From Planctomycetota bacterium (GTDB taxonomy: Bacteria; Planctomycetota; SZUA-567; H5-PLA8), in NCBI GenBank assembly GCA_038227875.1, contig JBBRPR010000043.1, positions 11,877 to 75,876 of the forward strand: a stretch of 64,000 nt of DNA, read 5' to 3'. The position numbers and the translations under genes were made by a program. Below are positions 46,368 to 54,682 of the stretch, piece by piece. The notes under the pieces were generated by a model. It was not told where the DNA came from and did no database searches. It saw nothing but the letters and a program-made list of their open reading frames with translations. Numbering within the stretch: the stretch's first letter is position 1; each line of letters begins with the position of its first letter.

Positions 46368-47525
46368 CTACGCAAAGTCCTCTTTGGCCAGCACCGGTTC
46401 CTGCGCGGAGCCGATGTTGATCAGCAATCCCAGCGCGATGAATGAGCTCATGATCGAACTGCCGCCGTAAGAGACGAATGGCAGCGTCAGCCCCGTCGTG
46501 GGCAGCAGGCCAATCGCAACGCCGGTGTTGATCAGGACCTGCGAACAGAGCATCGCGACGCAGCCGACGGCAATCAGGCGGCCGGCCGGTTCGCGCGTCC
46601 GCGCGGCGATGCCCAAACCCGCCAGCGCGACGAGGAAAAACAGAACCAGCAGCAGTCCGGCGAGAAACAGTCCGCCTTCCTCGCAGACAACGGCGAAGAT
46701 GAAGTCGGTGTGCTTTTCCGGCAGCAGGTTGATGTGACTGGCGCTCGCGCCGCCCCAACCCTTGCCCCAGAATCCGCCGGACCCGATGGCCGTCTGGGCG
46801 CGCAGCAGCTGCCAGGCTTCGCCGAGCTTGTACTGTTCCGGATCCCACCACGCCAGCACGCGCGCTTTCTGAAATGGCTTCAAGACGGTGAACCACATTC
46901 CGACCATGCCGCACGCGCCGAAGAACATCATCAGCGCCAGGTGCCGGAATCGCGCGCCCGCGGCAAAGAGCATGATGAAGACCACCGGCATGCACGCCAT
47001 CGCCGTGCCCAGCTGCGGTTCCTTGGCGATGAGGACCAGCGGCACCATCGCGAGGACCAGCGGCACGAACAATCCCGTGAGGTGCTTGTAGCTGTCGCGG
47101 TACATCAGGTAATGCGCGAGCGTGATAATGATGATCGGCTTCATCAGTTCGGAAGGTTCAAGGCTGATGATGTAAAGATTGTACCAGCAATGTGCGCCCT
47201 TGATCGCCGGCGTAAGAAAAACGCCGCAGAGCAGCAGCAGACCGACGAGGTAAAGCAGCGAGGCGTGGCGCAGGATCTGCAGGTAATGGATGCGTTGCAG
47301 GCCGATGACGACGCCCAATCCGAGCATCACAAAAATCATCTGCCGACCCACGAAGCCGAGGCTCGACCCGCTCATGTCACGCGTCGCGCTGGCGATGAAG
47401 CAGAGCCCGATCAGCAGGATCAACGCAACGCTGCCGACGAGCATGGCGTCGACGCGGCGGAAGATATTTAGCAGCGGCGCGAGTGAGAAGCCGGGCGCGG
47501 GTGAGGTAACGAGGCTTTGGTTCAT
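46368..47525 (-). CDS. rodA: SEDS peptidoglycan glycosyltransferase RodA
   Basis: EPSELMK, AIGSGGFWGKG, LPEKHTDFIFAVVCEE.G, LPTTGLTLPFVSYGGSS; lies downstream of PBP2. Confidence 0.9.
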   Translation of the reverse strand: MNQSLVTSPAPGFSLAPLLNIFRRVDAMLVGSVALILLIGLCFIASATRDMSGSSLGFVGRQMIFVMLGLGVVIGLQRIHYLQILRHASLLYLVGLLLLCGVFLTPAIKGAHCWYNLYIISLEPSELMKPIIIITLAHYLMYRDSYKHLTGLFVPLVLAMVPLVLIAKEPQLGTAMACMPVVFIMLFAAGARFRHLALMMFFGACGMVGMWFTVLKPFQKARVLAWWDPEQYKLGEAWQLLRAQTAIGSGGFWGKGWGGASASHINLLPEKHTDFIFAVVCEEGGLFLAGLLLVLFFLVALAGLGIAARTREPAGRLIAVGCVAMLCSQVLINTGVAIGLLPTTGLTLPFVSYGGSSIMSSFIALGLLINIGSAQEPVLAKEDFA

Positions 47526-47566
47526 CGCATTTCCAATCGATCATTTGCTCCGGAGGAGCAACCGTG

Positions 47567-47722
47567 AATAGCCAGGGGCGGAAGCCCCTGGGTGAGTTTC
47601 GCTTTTGAAGCAGAGCCCTGGAAGGGCGAACGAGCCGGTGTTGCAGCGCGAAGTTCGGACGTCCTTTCAGGGCTCGTCAAGAATATACGAGCGGTAACCT
47701 GGGGCTGCCGCCCCTGGCTATT
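47567..47722. repeat. Nested REP/REPIN-like inverted-repeat element
   Basis: Outer arms AATAGCCAGGGGCGGAAGCCCCTGGGT / ACCTGGGGCTGCCGCCCCTGGCTATT; inner arms GAGCCCTGGAAGGGCG / CGTCCTTTCAGGGCTC. Confidence 0.85.
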
Positions 47723-47885
47723 AACGATCGGCCCTCCGAGCCTGACGGAGCGGGGCGCTGCGAGAAAAGCGCCGGGCCATCCTGCGACGTTCAATGCGTC
47801 GTGAACGATTGCCATATCACTGCCTCTCTATTACTGACCTTGGATGGTGCCAGCGGCACCATTACCTCCGCGCAGTCCGTTTCGA

Positions 47886-50174
47886 TCACTCCCCGCCCGC
47901 CACCGCGCGGCCCTTCGGATTATTCTTCGTTCCGTACATCTCTCTCAGGAACTGGTACGCCACCGGCCCCGCCGTTGCGCCGCCGTGGCCGGCGTCTTCG
48001 AGCACGATGGCGAAGGCGATCTGCGGATTGTCGGCGGGGGCGTAGCCGGCGAACCAGGCGTGCGGCGTTTCGTTGTGGCCGTGTTCGGCGGTGCTGGTTT
48101 TGCCGGCGACTTTCACGGACAGTTCGCCGTTCTCGTGAAAGGGCGTGTACGCGGTCCCTTTTTCACCGGGGCGGCCGCAGTTGACGACTTCTTCCAGACC
48201 CTGGTGCACCATTGCGAGGCTCGACGACGAAATGCCCAGCGCGCGAGCAGGAACTTGCGGCGCGTCGAGCCAGACGTGCGGCGTCAACACGCTGCCGTTG
48301 TTGGCGACGGCGGCCATCAACTGCGCGGCCTGAACGACGGTGCTGGTCATCTGGCCCTGCCCGATGGCCAGCAGGTAATCCTGCCCGCGAGGCCACGCGC
48401 GCGCGGCGTCGTTGGCGTAATGCTTCTGGCGCCAATCGCGGTCGGGGAAAATTCCAGGCGCTTCCGAAGGCAGATCAATCCCGCTGCGTTTTCCGAGAAT
48501 CAATTTCGCGAACGGCGCGAGGCCTTCGACGCCGATGCGGGCGCCCAGTTGCATGTAATACATGTTGCAGGAGCAGCGCAGGCCCTTGGTGAGGTTGACG
48601 ATGCCGTGCGCATGACCATCATCGCAATGGTAAACCTGACCGCCTTCTTTCATGAAACCTTTGCATTCAATCGTTTCGTTCGGATTGACGCCCTTGTCGA
48701 GCGCGACGGCAGCGACCAGCGTTTTCATGATCGAGCCGAGCGGGTACTGCTGGGCGATGGCGCGGTTGAGCAGCGGCTTGCGGTCGGTGTCGCCAAGCAG
48801 TTCGGCGATCTTCGCCTGGCGTTCCGGATTGTCGCGCGGCGGCACAAAGACATTGGGATCGAAATCAGGATTGCTGGCCATCGCGAGAACTTCGCCGGTG
48901 TGAACGTCCATGACGACAATCGCGCCGTTGTGGCCTTGCGCGTGGAGCGCGCGTTCGACGGCCTCCTGCCACGGAATAGAAATGGTCAGCGCCAGCGCGT
49001 CGCCGGCGCGCGGCTGAGAATCCTTGCGGTAATCAATGCCACCCTCCTCGTCTTCACGGAAGTAGTCGCCGCGGATTTTCATGCCGGCTTTGTCGCGAAG
49101 CAAGGCGTTGCGAAAGCGTTCGACTCCCATGTCGCCGCAGATGCGGCTGGGGAGAATATTCTTGGCCGCGCTGATGGGCATGTTGATGCCCAGCCAGAGC
49201 ATTTCGGTTTCCGCCAGCGCGATGCGCGGCGGGCGTTCCGTCCAGTGAACCATGTCGCTGAGGCCCAGCGCCGCGACGCGCTGTTGGTCGCTGGGGCGCA
49301 GGTTGGCGACGGTGGTGAAGACCTGGCCGAGCGGCATTTCACGGATATCGCCGTGGAAGAACGGATCGAGACGGTCGGCGGCCGCGTCGTTGAGCGTCGA
49401 GCGGACTTCGTCCCACTGGCGGCGGCGGATGTCGGGGTTTTCGAGCAGGATGCCGTCCTGGCGCAGATCGTTGTCGTCTTCGGCGCTGAGTTCTCCGACG
49501 CTTCCGAGCACAAAGCAGGCGAGCTTTCCGCGCGGATAAACGCGGCGCGTGGAGACGGTGCAGACCAGTCCGGGAAACGGCGGTTCCTGCGTGTCGCTGA
49601 GCGCATCGGCGGCTTTGCCAAGCATCTTGTAGCTGTCGCGGAAGACATCATCGTGAATCGCGCGCAGGCCCAGCCATGTTTTTTCATCGATGCCGTTGAC
49701 GATTTTCAGCGGGGCTCGGCCTGAGGCCCATTTGCGCGCGACGGTGTCGAGCGCTTTGAGGACACCGGCGGCGATTTCCAATTCCGGGCGGTCGACGGTG
49801 CGGGCAAGGTCCATCACGTAGCGTTCGCCGGCGAGCTTTTCGATGATGCGATCGAAGGCGGCGTCGCGTTCTTTCGCGTCTTTGATTTTCTCGCGGACCT
49901 CGCGGACTTCATCGAGCGTCACGGAGGTCAGGTGCAGGCGTTCGACGCGGACGGAGAGATCGTAAAACGGTTCGTCGTAGGCCAGCGCATCACCGAAGCG
50001 GTCGAAGATCGGGCCGCGAATTGAGGCGACCATTTTTTCCATGTTCTTGTCGCGGCTGGCCAGCGCCGCGTACTGATCGTAGCGAGTCACCTGCAGCAGC
50101 CAGAGCCGGCAGAAGATCACAACAAAGCAGATCCCCAGCAGGACAGCAACGATACCGAGGCGAGTTTTAAACAT
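47886..50174 (-). CDS. mrdA: Class B penicillin-binding protein 2
   Basis: N-terminal TM, IRGPIFDR, RRVYP, SIMK (SxxK), SCN (SxN), GKTSTAE, HAWFAGYAP. Confidence 0.9.
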   Translation of the reverse strand: MFKTRLGIVAVLLGICFVVIFCRLWLLQVTRYDQYAALASRDKNMEKMVASIRGPIFDRFGDALAYDEPFYDLSVRVERLHLTSVTLDEVREVREKIKDAKERDAAFDRIIEKLAGERYVMDLARTVDRPELEIAAGVLKALDTVARKWASGRAPLKIVNGIDEKTWLGLRAIHDDVFRDSYKMLGKAADALSDTQEPPFPGLVCTVSTRRVYPRGKLACFVLGSVGELSAEDDNDLRQDGILLENPDIRRRQWDEVRSTLNDAAADRLDPFFHGDIREMPLGQVFTTVANLRPSDQQRVAALGLSDMVHWTERPPRIALAETEMLWLGINMPISAAKNILPSRICGDMGVERFRNALLRDKAGMKIRGDYFREDEEGGIDYRKDSQPRAGDALALTISIPWQEAVERALHAQGHNGAIVVMDVHTGEVLAMASNPDFDPNVFVPPRDNPERQAKIAELLGDTDRKPLLNRAIAQQYPLGSIMKTLVAAVALDKGVNPNETIECKGFMKEGGQVYHCDDGHAHGIVNLTKGLRCSCNMYYMQLGARIGVEGLAPFAKLILGKRSGIDLPSEAPGIFPDRDWRQKHYANDAARAWPRGQDYLLAIGQGQMTSTVVQAAQLMAAVANNGSVLTPHVWLDAPQVPARALGISSSSLAMVHQGLEEVVNCGRPGEKGTAYTPFHENGELSVKVAGKTSTAEHGHNETPHAWFAGYAPADNPQIAFAIVLEDAGHGGATAGPVAYQFLREMYGTKNNPKGRAVAGGE

Positions 50175-50217
50175 GGACGGCGACCCTTGTGGCGTGTGAC
50201 GGCAAAGATAATTCGTG

Positions 50218-50784
50218 CTACGCGCGCTTCAGTTTGCCCCGGCGCGCCGCGTTTATGCGCGCTTCATTGGCCCAGCGTTCCCGCACCGCCGGAGACAGGC
50301 AGTTGGTCCAGGCCAGCCAGCGGCCGGTCAGATAGGCGATGGGCAAGCCCCACACCGCCGCTGCGATGGCCAGCGACGAGAGCGATGCGGCGACCTGGCC
50401 CCAGACGTAATGCACGCCGAAGAAATTGGCGAAGAGCACGTAAAAGACATGCGCGAGGACCGTGCCGGCCAGCCCGCCGATCCACGGTGCGAGCACATCC
50501 CCGCGGACCAGTTCGCGCCACGCGACGAGCAGAATCACGCCCGCCGCCGCGAGGTAGGCGAGCGTCAGCACTCCAAAATGCGCCGAACCAAATAAGTCCG
50601 CCTGCACGCCCAGACAGAAAATCGCAATCAACCCGAATTCGCGCGGCCCAAACGCGAGCACCGTGATCCCCACAAGAATTCCCAGATCCGGCCGCAGCAC
50701 CGGCGGCAAAAACGCCGGCACCAGCGCCAACTGCGCAATGACAACCGCGAGAACGAGAGTGGTGAGTGTGAAGGCGTATCTCAT
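50218..50784 (-). CDS. mreD: Rod shape-determining protein MreD
   Basis: Hydrophobic 188 aa with RPDL and G...DLF...HFG; lies between mreC and mrdA. Confidence 0.78.
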   Translation of the reverse strand: MRYAFTLTTLVLAVVIAQLALVPAFLPPVLRPDLGILVGITVLAFGPREFGLIAIFCLGVQADLFGSAHFGVLTLAYLAAAGVILLVAWRELVRGDVLAPWIGGLAGTVLAHVFYVLFANFFGVHYVWGQVAASLSSLAIAAAVWGLPIAYLTGRWLAWTNCLSPAVRERWANEARINAARRGKLKRA

Positions 50785-50805
50785 GTTTTGCGTTCCTTAA
50801 GCGCT

Positions 50806-51687
50806 TTAGCGCGCCCCGCGTTTCACGCCGGGTGCCGCGGGCCACGGGACTTCGGGCATTGACCCCGTCAGGACGTGGACGATTTCGACGGCGTTGTCGT
50901 TGCAGGCGGGACGGATGGTCAGTTCCCATTGGAAGTCGCCGGTCTTGCGGACGGCGGTGACGACGCCCATCCACAGTCCCGACGGAAACGCGCCGTCGTA
51001 GCCGCTGGTGACCACGTTCTCGCCGACTTTCGGCGCGGCTTCGCGCGCGACGATGGCCATGTGGCAGAAGCGTTCGCCGTTCTCCTCGGCCTTCGCGCCC
51101 TGCAAGACGCCTTCGACGCGGCAATCGGATAACCGCGCGGCAATGGACATGCCACGATGCGTCAACAACGCCAGACTTGCGCCATGCGGTCCGATCCCGA
51201 CGATCCGGCCGAGCACTGCGCCGCGGTGAAGCACGCCGGCATTCATGCGCAGTCCGTCGGCTTCGCCGCGGTCGAGACCCAGGATCGGTTCCTGCCAGAG
51301 AATTTTGCGGATGATCACGTTGGCATCGACGCCTGGCGGAATTTTTCCGGGCAGATTGGCGAACGGTTCGGTGCGGCGCAACTTTTCGAGTTCGTTCTCC
51401 AGCTGAACAATCCGCGCGCGGTTGTAATCCGTTTCCGCGGAAGTGTTCGGAGCAGGCATTTCGACGGGCTTATCCGGTGATGTGGCTTCCAGATTTTGAA
51501 TGCTGGCCACGCGCGGCGCGGGCGCTTTCCACGCGGCGAAACGGCTGAGCACCGGGTTGAGCAACGAGAGCACGCGGGCGCGCGCGGAGTCGACGCTGCT
51601 TTCCGGCACCGCCAGCAAGAGCAGTGCGAGGAAGGCCAACGCTGGAAAGACGATGCGCGATCGCTCGCCATCACGGGTCATAATCAC
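50806..51687 (-). CDS. mreC: Rod shape-determining protein MreC
   Basis: TM, coiled coil LENELEKLR, LDRGEADG, VGENVVTSGYDGAFPSGL..G.V. Confidence 0.88.
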   Translation of the reverse strand: MIMTRDGERSRIVFPALAFLALLLLAVPESSVDSARARVLSLLNPVLSRFAAWKAPAPRVASIQNLEATSPDKPVEMPAPNTSAETDYNRARIVQLENELEKLRRTEPFANLPGKIPPGVDANVIIRKILWQEPILGLDRGEADGLRMNAGVLHRGAVLGRIVGIGPHGASLALLTHRGMSIAARLSDCRVEGVLQGAKAEENGERFCHMAIVAREAAPKVGENVVTSGYDGAFPSGLWMGVVTAVRKTGDFQWELTIRPACNDNAVEIVHVLTGSMPEVPWPAAPGVKRGAR

Positions 51688-51820
51688 TGCTTCCAGTTGT
51701 TCATTGCCGTTCGAGAGATTGCACCGATTTCAATGTATCGGGCACTAAGAGGTGGGAACTGAAGAGAAAGTTTCACAAAATGTGCGTAAGCGCGAGGCCG
51801 CGGTCGATACTGAGTAGGGC

Positions 51821-51973
51821 AATTCAAATTTAAAATTCAAATTCAAAAACGCACGCGGGTAGGAGAGTTGATTTGGACGACGTGTAAGCAAGCGCGAGCG
51901 CAAGATTCCAGGGGAGTTTGTGCAGTCCGCGGTGCATTCAGCCGCGTGCATTTTTAATTTTGAATTTTTAATT
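51821..51973. repeat. AT-rich inverted repeat of AAATTCA-like short units
   Basis: AATTTAAAATTCAAATTCAAAAACGCACGCGG pairs with CCGCGTGCATTTTTAATTTTGAATTTTTAATT. Confidence 0.8.
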
Positions 51974-51993
51974 CCACGCAGGGGGGAGAGTTC

Positions 51994-53379
51994 ATGGCCA
52001 TTCGACACACGTCCATCATCGAGCGCATCCGCAGCGGGGCGCTGCTGAGCCTGGCGCTTTCGTCGCTGATCTGTCTTTTCTCCTGCCAGGAGTCGAATAT
52101 GAAAACGACTGCCGCGCCGACGCCGGATGTGCCGCGCACGTCCGTCCCGCGCGAACAACCCAGAGTACAGTCGCCCTCGCCACAACCGCAGCCTCAACCG
52201 CCGTTCATGGTGGAACCGGACGCCAATTCACCCGAGATCCGTGTCGCGATTTTGAAGGACGTGCACACGCTGAAGATCGGCGCGGGCTCCGCCGACGCGG
52301 TGGTACTCAACAGCGCCGGGCAGGAAGTCGCCCGTATTCCCGCCAACACCGAGGCGCAGTTCGATCCCTCGCCGACCGTCGCCGCGATCCTGATTTCCTC
52401 CACCGGACCCGTGAACGTTTCGAATTCCGTCTCGCCGGCCAACGACGGCACGCTGCGCATCGAAGCGCCGCGCGGATCGACCTCGCCGCTGAAGATCAAC
52501 GGCCAGGACATCGCCCCGCGCGTGACGCTCTACAGGCCCGGCCCGAAGCGCGGGATCACGGCCATCGCGCGGTTGGACCTTGAAGAGTACCTGTTCGGCG
52601 TGCTCGGTGGCGAAGTGCCGTTCGAGAAGTGGCATCCCGAAGCGCTGAAAGCGCAGGCCATTGCCAGCCGCAGCTACGCGTACTTTCAGTTGAAGTCGAA
52701 CGCCGCCGAACCGTACGACGTTGAGAGCACGGTGATGAGCCAGGTCTTCAAGCCCGGCTTCCGCAGCAACCCGATCTTGAGCCAGGCGGTGAATTCGACG
52801 CACGGGCTGATCCTGACCTACAACGGCGCGCCGTTCTCGGCGTACTTCCATTCCACCTGCGGCGGCCACACAGAAAACGGCGCCTCGGTCTTCCCCGATC
52901 AACCACAGGCCCGCGCGCTCCACGGCGCCAACTGTCCGTACTGCACGGCGAGCCCCAACTACCGCTGGCGCTGGACGATCGGCAAGGACGCGCTGACCGA
53001 GAAGCTCCGCCCCGTCGCCACCGGCGGGCAACTTGGCCAGATTCGCAGCGTCGAATTCCTGGACGTCTCCGGCCAGCCCATCGGCCCGGCGCTCGGCGCC
53101 TTCCGCCGCGTAACCACCGTTCGCATCCGCCACGCGTATGGCGCATTCGATCTCACCGGTAACGCATTCCGTCTGGCCGTCGGCGCGAAGGATCTGAAAT
53201 CGCTGCTGCTCTGCCAGGCCGTCGACCGCCCCGATGTCCTCGACGTCTCCGGCGGAGGCTTCGGCCACGGCGTCGGCATGTGCCAGTTCGGCTCCCAAGG
53301 CATGGCGCAAGCGGGGAAGGGGTATGCGGTGATTTTGGGGATGTATTATCAGGGGGCGGCGTTGACGCGCATGTATTGA
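51994..53379 (+). CDS. SpoIID/LytB-domain peptidoglycan lytic transglycosylase, probable lipoprotein
   Basis: LEEYLFGVLGGE, EALKAQAIASRSYA, SQVF, YFHSTCGGHT, GFGHGVGMCQFG; LFSC lipobox-like motif. Confidence 0.9.
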   Translation: MAIRHTSIIERIRSGALLSLALSSLICLFSCQESNMKTTAAPTPDVPRTSVPREQPRVQSPSPQPQPQPPFMVEPDANSPEIRVAILKDVHTLKIGAGSADAVVLNSAGQEVARIPANTEAQFDPSPTVAAILISSTGPVNVSNSVSPANDGTLRIEAPRGSTSPLKINGQDIAPRVTLYRPGPKRGITAIARLDLEEYLFGVLGGEVPFEKWHPEALKAQAIASRSYAYFQLKSNAAEPYDVESTVMSQVFKPGFRSNPILSQAVNSTHGLILTYNGAPFSAYFHSTCGGHTENGASVFPDQPQARALHGANCPYCTASPNYRWRWTIGKDALTEKLRPVATGGQLGQIRSVEFLDVSGQPIGPALGAFRRVTTVRIRHAYGAFDLTGNAFRLAVGAKDLKSLLLCQAVDRPDVLDVSGGGFGHGVGMCQFGSQGMAQAGKGYAVILGMYYQGAALTRMY

Positions 53380-53444
53380 TGGCGCGGTTCGGCGAGGATG
53401 TATTGAGTTCGCGGAGTTCACTAGGCTAATCTACGGGGGGAGTG

Positions 53445-53549
53445 TTCGGCATTACCCGTCCGGCTAAAAGTTGTCGGTGATCGGTCGGGGGAGAGCGAGA
53501 CCGCTCCGGCGCAGTAGTACCGACCACTTTTAGCCAGACGGGTGCCGAA
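53445..53549. repeat. Inverted repeat, GCTAAAAGTGGTCGGT family (copy upstream of pspA)
   Basis: TTCGGCATTACCCGTCCGGCTAAAAGTTGTCGGT pairs with ACCGACCACTTTTAGCCAGACGGGTGCCGAA. Confidence 0.8.
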
Positions 53550-53811
53550 GTTGTATTCAGCGAATCAGCCCCAAAGTTGCCTCAACGCGGCAAGCCCCCG
53601 ACCGACCACCGACTACTTTTAACCGGATGTGTTGCCGCCCCAGCTGCAAGTAATGCTCTCGCAACGAGCAATGTCAACGCAGAGCGCTTCCAAACAACCG
53701 CCCGCTTTGTAATAGCCCCTCCCCCCAAGCGCGTTGACAATCCGAGTCGAATAACTGACACTACAGGTTCACACGTAGTGGCTGCGGCCGAAGGGATTTG
53801 AGGGATAAATC

Positions 53812-54564
53812 ATGTGGGCTCGCATTAAGCGCGTATTCCGCTCGTTCTTGGGCGCCTTCATCAGCATGGGCGAAGATCCGAAGCTGATTCTCGAACAGAA
53901 CATCCGCGATATGCGCGATAAGGTTCCGGAAATGAACACCGGCATTGCCAAAGCGCGTGGCGGCATCATCCGACTCGAAAACGAAGCGACGCAATACAAG
54001 CAGGACATCGCCAAGCTCACCGCCCGCGTCAAAGCCTGTCTGCTCAGCAACGATGAAGCGCTCGCTGGGCAGTACGCCGTGCAACTTAAGAAACAGCAGG
54101 AAGCGCTCGAGCGCAATCAGGGCCAGCTGGATTCCGCGAAGGCCGGCTACGAAGCGCTGCTGAAGCTCAAAGAACGCTACATGCGCGAGATGAAGCTGAA
54201 GACCGAAGAAGCGATGCATGCCATCCGCGAAGCCGAAGCGGCGAAGTGGAAGAGCGAACTGGCCGATGTTTTCGAAACGTTCGAAGTGGCCGGCGTGGAC
54301 CAGACGCATACGGAAATGATCGACAAGCTGCGCGAAAAGAGCGCCATGGCCGAAGGCAAGATCGCCGCGGCGGTCGAGTCCGTCGACATGAAGCAGATCG
54401 ACATGGAAAAGAAGGCGCAGGAACTGGAAGGCGCCGAACTGCTCAAGCAATTCAAGCTGGACTTGGGCCTCGACAAGAAGGCCGAAGCCGCGCCCGCTCC
54501 GGATATCGCCGAACCGGTAAAGGAAGCGCCGAAGACGATTGGGCCTGAGAGAACCAAGGCGTAG
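53812..54564 (+). CDS. pspA: PspA/IM30 family protein
   Basis: Amphipathic N-terminus MWARIKRVFRS, EDPKLILEQNIRDM, EALA, long coiled coil. Confidence 0.88.
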   Translation: MWARIKRVFRSFLGAFISMGEDPKLILEQNIRDMRDKVPEMNTGIAKARGGIIRLENEATQYKQDIAKLTARVKACLLSNDEALAGQYAVQLKKQQEALERNQGQLDSAKAGYEALLKLKERYMREMKLKTEEAMHAIREAEAAKWKSELADVFETFEVAGVDQTHTEMIDKLREKSAMAEGKIAAAVESVDMKQIDMEKKAQELEGAELLKQFKLDLGLDKKAEAAPAPDIAEPVKEAPKTIGPERTKA

Positions 54565-54609
54565 CCTTCGGTTTCTGCGCTGGCCACCCGCTCGGCTTGC
54601 TCTAATCAC

Positions 54610-54651
54610 GTCCTGCTAAAAGTGGTCGGTAACGACCACTTTTAGCAGGAC
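54610..54651. repeat. Perfect 19-bp hairpin, same repeat family as 53445-53549
   Basis: GTCCTGCTAAAAGTGGTCG-gtaa-CGACCACTTTTAGCAGGAC. Confidence 0.85.
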
Positions 54652-54682
54652 AGAGTTCGCACTACGCCGTGCACGCAGTTCG

